From Tubulanus polymorphus (lineage: Eukaryota > Animalia > Nemertea), in assembly GCF_964204645.1 (NCBI RefSeq), contig NC_134028.1, positions 18,049,653 through 18,113,652 on the forward strand: DNA of 64,000 bases. The letters run 5' to 3'. The position numbers and the translations under genes are program-made. The notes beneath the pieces were generated by a model. The model worked only from the letters and a program-made list of their open reading frames with translations. It did not search any database and was not told where the DNA came from. Position 1 is the first letter of the stretch. The number at the start of each line of letters is the position of its first letter. Positions 37,218 through 50,822 of this stretch are shown piece by piece.

Positions 37218-38053
37218 CTGTAAAGATAAACGCGTTTAATGTAAAAGCAGCAGTCTTTGGCCTAGTACTTAAAATACTCACCACTTTGCTTATATAGGCC
37301 TTGATATGTAGTTTTATTTTAACTAGCCTACATGGATGATGGTGCAGATCTTGTAAAATAGACTGTAAGACAAATTTTCTATTCAACATAGATTTGCGAT
37401 ATTTTTTTAAAGGTAAAGAAGACGATACAATTGTGATTTTGTCCTAATCCTTTTTATCCACCTACTGACCCACCCTGGAAACTTGGGTCGGTGTTGCTGC
37501 TAAAACAATTAATTTGGGTAGCCTAATGGCACAAATTTGTTCTCAAGCTGGCTCCTTAATTAATTATCAACAGTGACGATATTTTTTCTTCATTTTGAAA
37601 ATCCATGTGCTCAAATGGTGCTTAATTAATACCAATCACCGTGATACTCCTCGGCATACTTTTTGATTGGAAGACTTTCGGGGCAGACATCAATGTGACA
37701 TATCCTCCTCTCTATCGATGAAATAACCATCTAATATATATTGGAAAAATACAATGGTAATGCTAACGTTGCATTGAAAATGTGTTATTAACAACCTAAA
37801 TCGAACTTCGAATTGCGGGATTCGAACAACATCCACCAAAATTAATCGATCGACGTAACAACGTTGCAGCCATTTTGGTTCATTCGAGTTGAGGAAGAAG
37901 GCAGTCGCGGTGAACTTTTGGAGAATTTTCAGGTATATAAGTAGTTTTGAATAAAGCTAAACCATCGTATTTCATTAGCTATGAATAGAAATAGGCCTTA
38001 TAATGCCCAGACCTGCTAACCCTTAGGGTTTCACCGTATTTTTGTTACACAGC

Positions 38054-39218
38054 CGGGTGGGTATGTTTACGTCGTCGGCCGACGTCCTACGTGCACGGTA
38101 GGTATACCAAGTGGTCAATCCAAAAATCAAATGTAGAGACAGATGACACTTTATGAACTAAATGGGTTACCACATTCATTTGAGGGTAATGAGTACGTAA
38201 ATGCAGAAACAATTAAGACTTTTTCTGCATTGTCTTTGTTTTTTAATTGTTCCAGTATAGGCCTGTTGTTTTTTTCAGGGTGATATCAAATTCACTGATG
38301 TTGATGTTATACGTAAAAGGGAAATATGACATTTTCTTTTAAGGAGACCTGTCCCTGTGAAGTCAACTTTGGTAAGTAATTTTTAACAATATTCCCTACT
38401 TGGAAGAAAACTACCAAGTACCTTTATAGTGTCTGATATTGGTCACACTAGTTTATTGTGAATACAACCACTCCCAGAAGGGAGCAACAGCTTTGATTCA
38501 TTATTATAAAACCTACATTGAAAAATTGATTACTGACTAGTTAAATTTCAAACTTGCTAAGTTATGAAAATATTTCTTGCTCATTCATTGCATCAATATT
38601 TCTATGGTTACAGATGCTGTTTGCAAATCGTACAACTGAATCAGACATCATGGAAGTAATTCGGAACCAGCTGAAATATGATGCTGAGAGAAGGATCGAG
38701 TTAACTGTCAAGAGAAAACTAACACCATAATGGATCTTAGAAGATGTATAATTCTCGATTTCTTAAATAGATTCCTTAAGTAGATTAGGCTACTACAATT
38801 TGTAGTTAGGTTGTGCATTTTAATCATGTTTTGTTAGTTTAAATCTTATTTTTGGAGCTTATTATGTTACATGCAAACCATTTGGTAATAAATGTAATTA
38901 ATTCTATATGTATTTCAAGTATATGTGTTTGTTTGTGGTTTTATTGGTATCAGGTTAACATTTCAGTTGGTATTGAGTCATATTCAGATTGAATATTATC
39001 TGCAAACAGGTTTGATGGAGGTCAATACCCAGGCGTTGTTATTCCACGTTGATACGACATCGGACTATCAGGCTATAATTTGGTTGAAATCTAGTTGGAT
39101 ATTGGATGTTTAATGAAGTTGATTTCTCGTCGGACTATGAACGTTGATTCACTTTTCAAAATCAACCTACAGTCGACGTCGAAACACAACGTTGTTTCAA
39201 CGTTGATGCGCCCACTCG
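38054..39218 (+). mobile_element. Degenerate CACTA/EnSpm-like element
   Basis: Termini CCGGGTGGG / CCCACTCGG, subterminal CAACGTTG/GACGTC motifs, and the internal fragment ESDIMEVIRNQLKYDAERR resembling EnSpm accessory ORF C-termini. Confidence 0.45.
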
Positions 39219-39794
39219 GTTGTTGCATTGCAATTAACAGGAGTTAACCTCTATATGATACTTTAGCGTCAGACGTTGTAGGGAACCAGTAACAACGACT
39301 GGTATTCAGACTAGATGAGGCTTTATATAAATTAACTCACCCAATTACCTCCAGTCGTGTGCAGTGGCACAGTAGGTAATGCGCTCTACTACTTTTTGGT
39401 TTGAGTTCGAATCCCAATAGGCCAATTCAAGTCAGAATTTTATTCTATTGCACATGCGCTAACTATCTGTCCTCCGTAACGGGAGCTAGCGCCGTACTCC
39501 GTAACTGGAGCCACAGGGACATTATTAATAGGCCTATAGGCCTATAGCCACTGGCAAAATAGCGTTTACTAAAATAATGCCGTAGGCCTATGGCAAATAT
39601 CCACTTCTGGTCTACTTATTTCAACAAAACCTCGGCTTGTAGGCATGCTACTGATCTCCAAAGAGATAGGCCTAATCATCTTTTCAAAAATGAAAAATAT
39701 GCTCAATCAGTGCCCAAAAGATCACGTGGGAAAAAATCTTGAATATCCTTGAATAGGCTTGATCCACAATAATGTATTCAGTTCACAAACTTAC

Positions 39795-39852
39795 CCGAAA
39801 TAAACCCACAGGCAAACATCAACAATAACGAGACGTCGAGTAAATTCATCAT
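39795..39852 (-). CDS. Cadherin gene 1 (Cad87A-like), coding exon 1: signal peptide
   Basis: ATG at 39852 gives MMNLLDVSLLLMFACGFIS+G, a hydrophobic signal peptide, followed by a GTAAG donor. Phase 1 matches the next exon. Confidence 0.8.
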
Positions 39853-40757
39853 TGACCACACAGGCTGCTAACTACTACCGGTTTCACAGCAAGCCTACTT
39901 AGAACTAACGTTAAATGCCCTATAATTTTTGCACCTGCAGTAGAGGCGAAACACTGAACATCAAAATATAGGCCTACGTCCACACCCGTTATTATCCACG
40001 TTCTAAATATGGAACATATTTTCGCTTTAAACTGCATAACAGGTTTTCAGAACATTCGCGGTTGACGCGTTCAACTTGGCAAATATTGGTCGTGGGAAAT
40101 CGATATCATTTGGATATGTGAACTTTAAAAAAAATCTCAAGCTTACATTTGTTAAATTGTTTTACTAAGAAAAATCTTAAAGAAATACAGATTATTGAGG
40201 GATTTGATTGAGATATTTATTTTTCTATATTTAAAGGCCAATGAGGAAAATATATCAATTACGTTTCGACCAGCAGTCAGTTGATTTGGTGAATTGTAAA
40301 GCTCAAACTCACCTTACGAAAAAGTTTGAGGCAAACATTTGACAACTTCGAAATTTAATTAGAAGTAAAAACAGCAACTTTCAGATAGAATGCTTAAAAT
40401 AACTCGTTTTTAATATTGCATCAAATTAGTACTCGAGGTTCTGTTTGCTGCAATGCACGTTTTTCGTCGTTTCGAAAAAGCATTTCTGTTTCGCTGCACG
40501 GCTGCTAGCGGGATATAAACCGGTTTTGTAAATTGTATAAATGTATTGTGACAAACTATGCGGAAAATGGGTTAGTATTTTAAAGCCCAGTCACACTGTA
40601 CAAAAATACCACCACCGACCGTATAGGGTGTAGGCTACTCCTCACAACCACAGGACGAATATCGCACTGAGACGACAGAAATTAGCCAAACTAAGTAATA
40701 AGGCCTAGGCCTACTAAACCCAACTGAACAGAGAGGGGGAGAGAAGGGCTGAAGAAG
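39853..40757. promoter_or_regulatory. Candidate shared/bidirectional promoter, with a putative non-coding exon 1 of gene 2 ending at 40757
   Basis: Lies directly upstream of the gene 1 ATG. A strong plus-strand donor AAG|GTAAGT at 40757/40758 could pair with the acceptor at 46933. This is inference; no TSS data. Confidence 0.4.
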
Positions 40758-43700
40758 GTAAGTAGGCCTATTTTAGTTAGGCCTAAGTAGGCCTAGTCAG
40801 TAACCTGCCTGGCGATGTTTCACCATCGGATGTTTTTAAAAGCCCATCTGATTATAAAATTGCTTGCTGACAACGATTAGGTAGGCCTACTGTAGGCCTA
40901 TTCTATTTCAAAACGTTGTTTAGGTCAACTGCTGCCGGTCCTTTTTGGTCCTAGACCTAGGCCTAAGACTTATCAGGTAGGCTGTAGCCGATATATGTAC
41001 TCTATCAGGTTTGTACCACCATAATGACTGAGCTAGGCCACCTGATATGCTCTCAAGTCGGCTCCTAGGCCTACTAAAAACTGACTGGAACTGACCGGAG
41101 CCGATTGGAAACAAGTCACGTTGAAATAGACATTAAATTTAGTAAGTTAAGTACGAAGTGGATATTTTATCGTACACAGCAAAGTGTTTACTTCCGCTAT
41201 TTTACCGTAGGCCTTCATCATTGCTATATAGGCCTATTATAATGCACCAGTCAATGAAAGTCCCCACCCTACAGGGGCCGGGAAACGAAAATTAGCGCCG
41301 GTGCAATCGGGAATTTTTCCCGCTACTCGTAATGTTAGTTTCATCGCTACCGTAGCGCTATGGATCGCCTACACACACGGGGATTTCTGCGCTATGGATC
41401 GCTTAAGTATGCGGGGAATTGTGCGCTACGGATCGCCGTGGGGTACTGGGAATACTTTAACACTAAAACTGGCATCTGCAGTTTGAGAACCGTAAAAATT
41501 CTGAAATTCGATTTCTCTAAACGATATCATGAGAAAAATATTACAAACCAATCTTTGAAAAAAGTGATCTAATAGAGCTCTTAAAAACGGTAAAAATACA
41601 AATTTATGGAAATAAAACATTTGTTGTTGAAGATGGCGCTAGCTAGCGCTGTGGATCGCTATGGATCGCCCAGTTAAAACATTCGGTAGAATTACAGCAA
41701 GCTCGGTGGTCATGTGGGATGATACTGCGCTAGTAATTTACTGGGCAGGGTTCGAGTCACGCTCTCACTATTTTCTCTGGATCTGTTCTCCACACTTTCC
41801 TTGAATTTTTTAAGTCGCGCTTCTCTGTGCCCATGTGTGGTGTAAACGAGCTAGGCCTATATCAGCACCCCAAGGATAACAGCAAGACTCGCTTAAGATA
41901 ATGAATTGTATGTTCTTTTTATTACAACACAGTTGAAAAACCAAGTCAAGCGGTTTCTGCAATTTAAAAAATACAGATACTAAGTACAAATTAATTTTTG
42001 AATTACACTAGGTTTGAAGTCAAAAGTTGAATAATTTCACAAAAAAGTGGTAATTTAATTTACTTACAACACGTTATCTTCCTTGAGTTAAAGAGAGACT
42101 CGCTCCACTCGCAGCCAGTAGTAGAAATGACTACCAAAAATGCATTACACATAGATTTATACCTAACTGTACTATAGGCTACCTGACTGCCAGTGAAGCG
42201 AGTAGAAAACGTTTGAATACACAGCACTGAAAATCACAAACCATGGTAATTCGAGGCTCAAACTAGTGTATAAAGAGTACAAAGAGCGCAACAGTATAGA
42301 ATTGCTACTGTATGACAGACTCAAAACTCAATTGATTATCAAACATGAAACCACGAATAACTGTAATAATGATAAATAATATATGTGCATAACACGAGCC
42401 AATTGATGTACGGTAAAATGGCGGAAGTAAGCACTCTGCTGTATAGGCCTATGGTAAAATATCCACTGCCTAGTCGGCCTAAGTAGGCTATTCATTATCG
42501 TCTGACATCCATCGGATGAAAATAAATAGATCGATGTCATATCGATCTTTTTGAGATAGGCCCCTATATTCAGTGCTTCATCTAGCATTAAAAAAGGGCA
42601 GGGTGCTGATTTCAAATAAGGGCATTTTTGTGCGTGATTCCATCGGAGCAAGGGCACATAATAACGCACTCATGTCTGTTTTAGGGGCAAACTGCAATGT
42701 TCCCTAATGCATAGAATCGAGGTACCCCCTACTACGATTGAGGACTAGAAACTATGTTTAAATCTGATTATGCCATGAGTGACACACTTGACCACAGTAC
42801 ATCCTTACACCTATGCCTGTCAATGAACAAAAGTTAATCTAGATAGGGCTTTCAAAATGATTTGGAAAACCAGTTGCAGACAAAAAAATTGCAGAAAAAA
42901 GCAATCTTAAGTAGCAAATACAGCAAAAAAGAGCCAGCAATAGTGTATAAGCCTACATGAAATTGAATGTTTTTAACCTTAGAAATATCAAATTAATTGA
43001 TTTAAATTGATAGTGTTAGTGATTGGCAAGTAACTGTTGATAATTGGTAAGCAGTCTGCTTAAGAACACATTATTGCTATTAGGCTACTCAAACTAATTG
43101 TCTGTGCGAGTCTCTCTGTGAGTTCACCGAACAAAGTTTTTCACCTTGTATGTAGAAAATTTGTCTTAGTCTAGATAAAAAGATCCAGAGCATCACGATG
43201 TGTTCAAAACGAAACAATCCATCAAATCTACACTACCAGCTTTACAATGGCAGTCGCTAGAATGATTGGCAGTAGTTTGGAAGTCAGCCAATTTCCTGGA
43301 AACTTAAACTAGGCCACGCGTCTGAGGCACGTTTTCACACGATGCACACTGACTGCAGTACATTTGAATAGGCCTATAACCACTGATCACATGAGCTACT
43401 ATCGTTGATATCATACGAGATATTTCATAGCCGTCGCAGGAAACTTACTTACAGTCGGATGCGTCGGCTTATTTTGAAAGCCCTGACTCATTACTCGTGA
43501 CTGACAAGGGCAGGATGGCGGACCTACGGCAAGTGATGAGGGCACAAGGGCTAGCATGGGACACATCTGAAGGGCACAAGGGCGGCTATTTTCGGGGGCG
43601 GGGCGGACCGCCCTTCTATTTTTGGCTAGATGAAGCACTGTATATTTCTCCACCTCTTAATCTTTTGAACACCATAAGAAGACCATGCAAAAATTGCTTG

Positions 43701-43788
43701 TTTCTCATCAGTTTAATTTTCCGTGCTCGTCAAAAAAAGTTCAGTAAAAATTGAAAAATTAAATGCGCATCCCGCATGCAGAATTCAG

Positions 43789-45033
43789 TTTTTAGCCCAC
43801 TTGGGACTTAAGACCCAGCGGGCTATTGCGTTCACTTTTCGTCCGTCCGTCCGTAGACGGAATCCAGTTATTTTGGGAAGTTTTGTAGACGCTTCAAGTA
43901 CGCTTCGATCAATTACCTTGATCTTTGGTTTATATTTGAATCTACCAAGGGCCCATCAGCATAAGAAAAATTGGGTCGACCTGACTCAAGATGGCCATCC
44001 TATGACCTTTTTAGTGCCCAAAAATGTCAATTTTGGCCAGAATTCTAGGTCCTGTAGCTTCCTACTGGTTTGCCATTTCTCATTGCAATTTGTGATGGGT
44101 ATTCTTTGGAAAGGGAAGTTTTATACCTGAGACGGGTATTTTTGATCAGCCAATTATGACACAATTGGCGGCCATCTTGGTGTCATCAGTACTCATTCGT
44201 GGTGGGAAAAAGTTTTTCCACATTAAATTCATACCTAAGCATATTGTGTAACTATATATTCAATTGGAAAGTTGTAGCCCATAACGTGTTTTATGATTTT
44301 GGTGAGTTTCAAGGTCATTGGTTTTTGTATGTGGCCACCAGGGGGCGTTGAATAATACAATATCTTAGTATTTCTATATTATATTTGTGCCACAATCAAT
44401 TGCAAAGTTGTAGCTCATGACATCTTCCATGATTTGGGTGAGTTTTAAGGACATTAGTTATTCTATATGGTCACCAGGGGGCGTTGAATAGTAGAATAAC
44501 TTAGTAACGTAATAATTTCCTTATTAGATTGGTACCTAGGCATATTTTGTTACCATGATCAATTGCAAAGTTGTAGTTAATGACATCGTCTATGATTTTG
44601 GTGAGTTTTTAAGGACATTAGTTATTCCATATAGTCACCAGGGGGCGTTGAATAGTAGAATAGCTTAGTATTTCCTCATTAGATTCGTACCTAGGCATAA
44701 TTTGTTACCATGATCAATTGCAAAGTTGTATTTCATGACATGTACTACGATTGTGGTGAGTTTTAAGGTCATTGGGTTTTGCATATGGTCACCAGGGGGC
44801 GTTGAATAGTAGAATAACTTAGTATTTCCATATTAAATTGGTAACGAGGCATATTTTGTTATCACAATCAATTGCAAAATCATAGCTGCTGACATGTTCT
44901 ATGATTGTGGTGGGTTTCAAGGTCATTGGTTTTTGTATATGGTCACTAGGGGGCGTTATGTATTGAAATTGTTAGATTGGTGAGCATTTGAAACCACTTC
45001 CCTAGTGGGCATGGTGTCCCTGGACTCCTAGTT
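43789..45033 (+). mobile_element. HINE family A, full-length, with ~155-bp internal tandem repeats
   Basis: 5' TTTTAGCCCACTTGGGACT..., (GTCC)n, 4-5 repeats carrying CACCAGGGGGCGTTG, 3' subTIR AGTGGGC plus GTCCCTGGAC hairpin. Confidence 0.85.
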
Positions 45034-45149
45034 GTTTCTTTTTAGACCACTTGAGAATAAAGTCCCAGTAGGCTATTGCGTTAACTTTCTGCTGTTGTCC
45101 GTCAGTCCATAGACGGAATCCAGTTATTTTGGGAAGTTTTAAAGACCCT

Positions 45150-45405
45150 TTGATGTCTTCATAGGCATAGTATAATCAATGGAATATTGCTATTAAACGA
45201 ATAGAATCTTCATTTATAGGCCTATAACTTTTTGAGCTTGAACAGGAGTAGGTAAAATTGAACCCAAGATACTCATAGGTGTGGACATTCGATAGCTTCG
45301 AATGACCAAGGTGAAATTTGGATCTTTTGAGTACTTTGCCGCTCTTATTGAAGATCATAATTTTGGTTTTTTAGATATTGACCGTCATCTTCCATTTCAT
45401 ACAAA
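45150..45405 (-). mobile_element. LINE RT C-terminal fragment
   Basis: KWKMTVNI*KTKIMIFNK...TYEYLGFNF motifs. Confidence 0.7.
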
Positions 45406-46151
45406 AATTTTTGACGCCTTATAAAACGTGACCATTATGAAACCTAAACAATGTTAACCATTCAGCATCATTTTTCAAATCACAGCCGTAAATCGATGTG
45501 CAAAATGTCACAGGTGTACACATACAAGCTATTTGGCAAGATATTATTGAAAAAGATGTAAATGTCTTGCTGTGATTATATAATGAGCTCTATTTTAACA
45601 TCGAAATATTATATTGCATTGAATATCATGAGAAGACGTATTTTAATAGTAATGGGTATATGATTATATCAGAAGCGGCAGGCATAAATAGAAATGATAA
45701 GTAAATTGCATTATTCGGTCAAAGTGGCGGATGTACACACCATGTGGAAGCCTGATATAAAAGTAAGACCCTGACATTGGGATGCTGGGGGAATGACAAA
45801 GCTATCTATGATCTGTGTAGGGAGGGCCAGCGTGAATTTTACCAGCAGCTACAAGCGGTCAATATAAAAATGTGTAAACATATAATTTCAATATCAAATG
45901 ATTTAGAAAACATGTTCAATATTAGGGGTAATTTTGCAGGTTTCATGCGAATGGTCCTGATTAGGAATTTATAATAGTATAGCTGTTGTATACGGCTCCG
46001 TGTCCTCTGATAGATAGCATGTGTATCAGGTGACAATTCAATTCTTTAATGATCCTTAGGTTAAACATTACATTCCCAAATTAAAGGCATATCTTAAGCC
46101 ACAATTTTGTCAATGTAGGCAGAGGTATAATTTGAATTATCTGGAGTTAAA

Positions 46152-46883
46152 TTGTTAGCTCCGCTGTGACCGAAGGTCAGCGGAGCTAATGGGTTAGGGG
46201 GTGAGCCGTCGTCGTTCATTCGTGCGTCTGTCAACTTTTCCTTTAAATCGCTACTAGTCCTACAGTTTTAATCGGATCAATTCCAAATTTGGTATGAATG
46301 TTCTATGGACCTAGGCCTATAATGTTACAGAGCCATTTTTTGGATTCGTCCTCCAGGGGGCGCCCTGTTGTTGGAGTTCGTGTTTCTTCAAATTGCTACT
46401 AGTCCTACAGTTTTCATCAGATCAATTCCAAATTTGGTATCAATGTTCTATGGACCAAGGCCTAAAGTTACAGATGCTCTGTAACTTTACAGGCCTAAAG
46501 TTACAGAGCATTTTTTGGATTCTTCCCCCTTGGGCTGGAGTTTCTTTTTTTTCAAAGCGCTACTAGTCCTACAGTTTTAATCAGATCAATTCCAAATTTG
46601 ATGTGAATGTTCTATGGACCACGGACTATGAAGTAAAAGAGCCATTTTTTTGATTCTTCCACCAGGGGGCGCCCCTGGGGGTGGAGTTTCTATTTCTTCA
46701 AATTGCTATCAGTCCTATAGTTTTAATCAGATCAAGTCGAAATTTGGTATGAATGTTCTATGGACCAATACCTACAAAGTACAGAGCCTTTTTTGGATTT
46801 GGCCAAAAGAGCACCCCTAGGTATGCAGCTTCCATTTCTTCAAATCACACAGCAGAGCTATATAAGCCGATAGGCTCCTTGTT
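46152..46883 (+). mobile_element. HINE family C, full-length, ending about 50 bp upstream of the gene 2 acceptor
   Basis: 5' hairpin AGCTCCGCTG...CAGCGGAGCT, internal repeats GCTACTAGTCCTACAG..., 3' subTIR CAGCAGAGCT plus AGCCGATAGGCT hairpin. Confidence 0.8.
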
Positions 46884-46966
46884 AATGTTCCCCATACTGC
46901 TCTTTGCACAATCTTGTCAATTTTACATTTCAGCTCGAGACAAAGATTATTTGATCAATACAAATA

Positions 46967-47030
46967 ATGGTTATGAAGATGAAAAGTCCTGGATGTCATA
47001 GTGTTATTGTTCTATTTTTTATCCTTACTG
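46967..47030 (+). CDS. Cadherin gene 2 (Cad74A/Cad87A/CDH23-like), first coding exon: signal peptide
   Basis: TTTCAG acceptor at 46933 precedes a short UTR; MVMKMKSPGCHSVIVLFFILT+G; GTAAAT donor; phase 1. Confidence 0.8.
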
Positions 47031-47115
47031 GTAAATTTCTGGCTTAATAGTTCAAAAAGTGGGACTGCATACCTGTTACCTTACTTGTCGACAGTGATTA
47101 CTCTCATTTTTGTAG

Positions 47116-47345
47116 ACTATGCTTTTTGTCAGAAGAATTTAGCTCCCAGATTCGTTGAGACTCTAGAAAATATCATTGGATTCAAGGGGATACCAGAGGA
47201 TACTCCAATTGGTACTACCATTGGCTATCTAAAAGCTATAGATCCAGAAGGTTTACCTTTGACCTATGGCATGAAAAGTGATACATATGAATGTATCAAT
47301 CCATCTACAGGACTGGTAATTCTCAGTCGACGTCTGGACAGGGAG
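47116..47345 (+). CDS. Cadherin gene 2 exon (EC1)
   Basis: TAG/GTAAC; DYAFCQKNLAPRF...IPEDTPIGTTIGYLKAIDPEGLPLTYGM...LSRRLDRE. Confidence 0.93.
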
Positions 47346-47863
47346 GTAACTATTACTGTTTCGTGATTTCCATCGGAACATCGGGATAAATGTGTACACA
47401 GCAGAATACTGGTCTCCAGGAAATTTGCTTGGTACCATTGATAGTTCAGAGCTTAGATTCCTAATGTTGTAGGAAACTGTCCAAATTGAGTACCTGGATT
47501 TTGTTAGGTGCTCGATTAAGCTTTCTGTCATGAGCGCGAGAGATGCGATATCCCCCAAGGGTGGGCTTATGGCCCTTCTCCAAAATTTATAAAAGCTAGG
47601 TGCTTGGAAAGCAACCGGTATTCCTGAAGATGAATTTTTGTTTAAAGTTGAAATGTTGAACAAAGTGCCAGCTCAAGGAAACATTTTTGGACTTCATTAT
47701 TGTCTCAGCTTTATGGTGGTTTTCAGATTATATTTTCGTCTCACCTTGGATATAGGACTAGTGTTTTATCAATCGTGAGCTTGGAAATGCCATTTCCAAG
47801 CAGCTGCTTCATCTTTGAATGCTCCGTTTGTTTGTTCATTCGTTCGTTCGTGTGTCTGTCAAC

Positions 47864-49120
47864 TTTTTAGCCCACTTGGGACTTTAGTGGGCTATTGCGT
47901 TCACTTTTTCCGTCTATCCGTCCATCCGTAGAGGGAATCCAGTTATTTTGGGAAGTTTTGAAGACGCTTCAAGGTAATGTTTTGATATTTGGTTTATACA
48001 TGTATCTACCCTAGACACATCTTCAGCCCAAAACCTGGCATTGTCAGAATCAAGATGGCCGACTGGCAGCCATTGTTGTTCGCCAAAAATCTGCACTTTT
48101 TACATGTTTTTGAACTTTTTGATGGAAATTTTGAAGGCGCCTTCCTTGATCAATCATCTTGATCTTTCATATGCATTTGAACCACCCGCAGGGCCCATCA
48201 GCATAATAAATATTGGGTTGATCGGACTCGAGATGGTCGTCCTAGGACCTTTTCAGTGCCCAAGAATGTCAATTTTGGCCCGAATTCTGAGTCCTGTAGC
48301 TTCCTACTGGTTTGCCATTTCTCATTGCAATTGCTGATGGGTATTCTTTGGAAAGGGATGTTTTATACCTGAGACAGGTATTTTTGATCAGCCAATTATG
48401 ATGCAATTGGCGGCCATCTTGGTGTCATTAGTACTCATTCGTAGGTGGAAAAAAGTTTTTCGACGTTATATTGATACCTAAGCATATTTTGTAACGTCAA
48501 TGAATTAGAAAGTTGTAGCTTATAACGTGTTCTATGATTGTGGTGAGTTTCATGTTCATTGGTTTTTGTATATGGCCACCAGGGGGCATTGAATACAATG
48601 TCTTAGTATTTCTATATTATATTCGTACCAATACATATTTTGTTACCACAATCAATTGCAAAGTTGTAGCTCATGACATCGTCTATGATTGTGGTGAGTT
48701 TTAAGGAAATTCGTTATTCTATATGGTCTCCAGGGGGTGTTGAATAGTAGAATAACCTAGTATTTCCTTATTATATTGGTACCTAGGCATATTTGGTTAT
48801 GATCAATTGCAAAGTTGTAGTTCATGACATGTTCTATGATTGTGGTGAGTTACAAGGTTATTGGGTTTTGAATATGGTCACCAGGGGATGTTGAATATTT
48901 GAATAACTTAGTATTTCCATATTAAATTGGTAACGAGGCATATTTTGTTTTCACAATCAATTACAAAATCATAGCTGCTGACATGTTCTATGATTGTGGT
49001 GAGTTTCAAGGTCATTGATTTTTGTATATGGTCACCAGGGGGTGTTGAAAATTGAAAATGTTAGATTGTTGAGCATTTGAAACCACTTCCCAAGTGGGCA
49101 TGGTGTCCCTGGACCCCAAT
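47864..49120 (+). mobile_element. HINE family A, full-length
   Basis: Homologous end-to-end to 43789-45033. Confidence 0.85.
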
Positions 49121-49543
49121 TTTAGCTTTGCTGTGATCGACGGTCAGCAGAGCTGATGGGTTGGGGGTGAGGTGTCGTTGTCCGTCTGTTCGTTCGTTCG
49201 TGCGTCTGTCAACTTTTTCTTCAAATTGCTACTAGTCCTACAGTTATAATCATATCAATTCCAATAATAAGATAAAAACCCACTATTTACAGATTAAAAG
49301 AATTTAAAAACAAGAATTTATTTATTCAATCTAAAATATATATAAGACACGAAGTTTCGATCTCACCCTAGAGATCAGGTGTGAGATATAGACTAAAAAC
49401 AGGGGTATATATACAGAGGAGAACAGGTTAATTGAGTAAATTGGGGAGTGAGTAAATAATTAGTGTTTGGCAAGGCATGAAGTAATGTACTTCGAAAGAA
49501 GGGAATTGTGCGGAGAAAAGCCATTATTCAAATTGGTACTAAT

Positions 49544-50763
49544 TTATATCTTTCGACGCTGTTTCCTTGTTTACAAATATATCATTGGAACCAACTCCCA
49601 ATTTCTTAAGAAGAAAACTACCGGACTCCAATCTTGATCTCCCAATTCCTGTAGATTGTTTACTTGAACTTTTGGAACTCTGTAGGCCTACAACCAATCT
49701 ATATTTCCAATTCTAAGACAAATTCTATGAACAAATTTTCCATTTCGCTATGGGTAACCCATTATCCCCCATTTTAGCTAATCTTTTCCTTGAACACTTT
49801 GAATCCGAAATTCTTCCTAAGTACGCTGGCTCTAAACCTAACTTTTGGATAAGATATATTGATGACATTCTGTCCTTAGTTTCTGATGATTTTGATCATA
49901 CCTCTTTTATCGACTTCATCAACTCCCAATATCCATCTTTGAAATTCACTTTTGATCGGGAACAAAAAGACCAAATTCCGTTTTTAGATGTTCTAATTCA
50001 CAATAAATATTCTCATTTGATTTTCTCAGGCTACCGTAAACCTATCAACGCCGAGGCATACCTTCACTACTTTTCGTTTACTGCTAAATCAATCAAAATT
50101 GGTCTCGCTCAAGGCCTCCTGCTCCGTGCACTACGGATCTGCGATGAAACCTTCCTTTCGGCTGAATTTGACCATATATCCAACTCTTTTAAAAAATTGG
50201 CTTACCCTGATCACATTTTGAAAATTTCTAAGGCCAAACGTACTTTCTTCAATTCTAAACCTCCAGAAAATAAAAAACACATTTCAGAGTTCATTGTAGT
50301 TCCTTATGTACCTGTTTTGGAAAAGTTTCGTCACTCTCTCTCTTTATTGGATAAACAAATCATTTTCACGTATGAAAACAAAATTAGTAAGACTTTGGTT
50401 AAAAACATTCAATCTAAACCTTTGGACTGCAGAGTTAACAAAATTCCTTGTTTTGGCTGTGATAAAATTTACTTTGGAGAAACTGGTCGTGAATTGAAAA
50501 CTCGAATTTCGAAACACAAAAAGGATATAATATATCAAAAACCGGCTAGTGGCGTAGCCAATCATGTTTGGAACACTGGTCATCGTTTTAATTTTGATAA
50601 AGCCGAAATTATTTATACTTCCAGCAATTACACTAAACGCCACATAGTTGAGTCTGCCCTAATTACTCGTCACTCAGATATTAGTACCAATTTGAATAAT
50701 GGCTTTTCTCCGCACAATTCCCTTCTTTCTAAGTATATTACTTCATGCCTTGCCAAACACTAA
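49544..50763 (+). pseudogene. Penelope RT + GIY-YIG endonuclease ORF, truncated and disrupted
   Basis: SFDAVSLFTNI, AMGNPLSPILANLFL, WIRYIDDI, PFLDV, KIPCFGCDKIYFGETGRELKTRISKH; in-frame TAA near 49714; the GIY motif is degenerate. Confidence 0.9.
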
Positions 50764-50822
50764 TTATTTACTCACTCACCAATTTACTCAATTAACCTGT
50801 TCTCTGTATATATACCCCTGTT

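Noticed and set aside
39356-41765. tRNA genes at ~39356-39420 and ~41700-41765 (B-box GTTCGA motifs; similar motifs at 686, 4519 and 53130)
   Set aside because: No complete cloverleaf; these are degenerate tRNA-like heads within repeats.
47253-47663. 136-aa antisense ORF overlapping a gene 2 exon (VSYNIRNL resembles a LINE endonuclease start)
   Set aside because: Only one weak motif, with no downstream endonuclease motifs.
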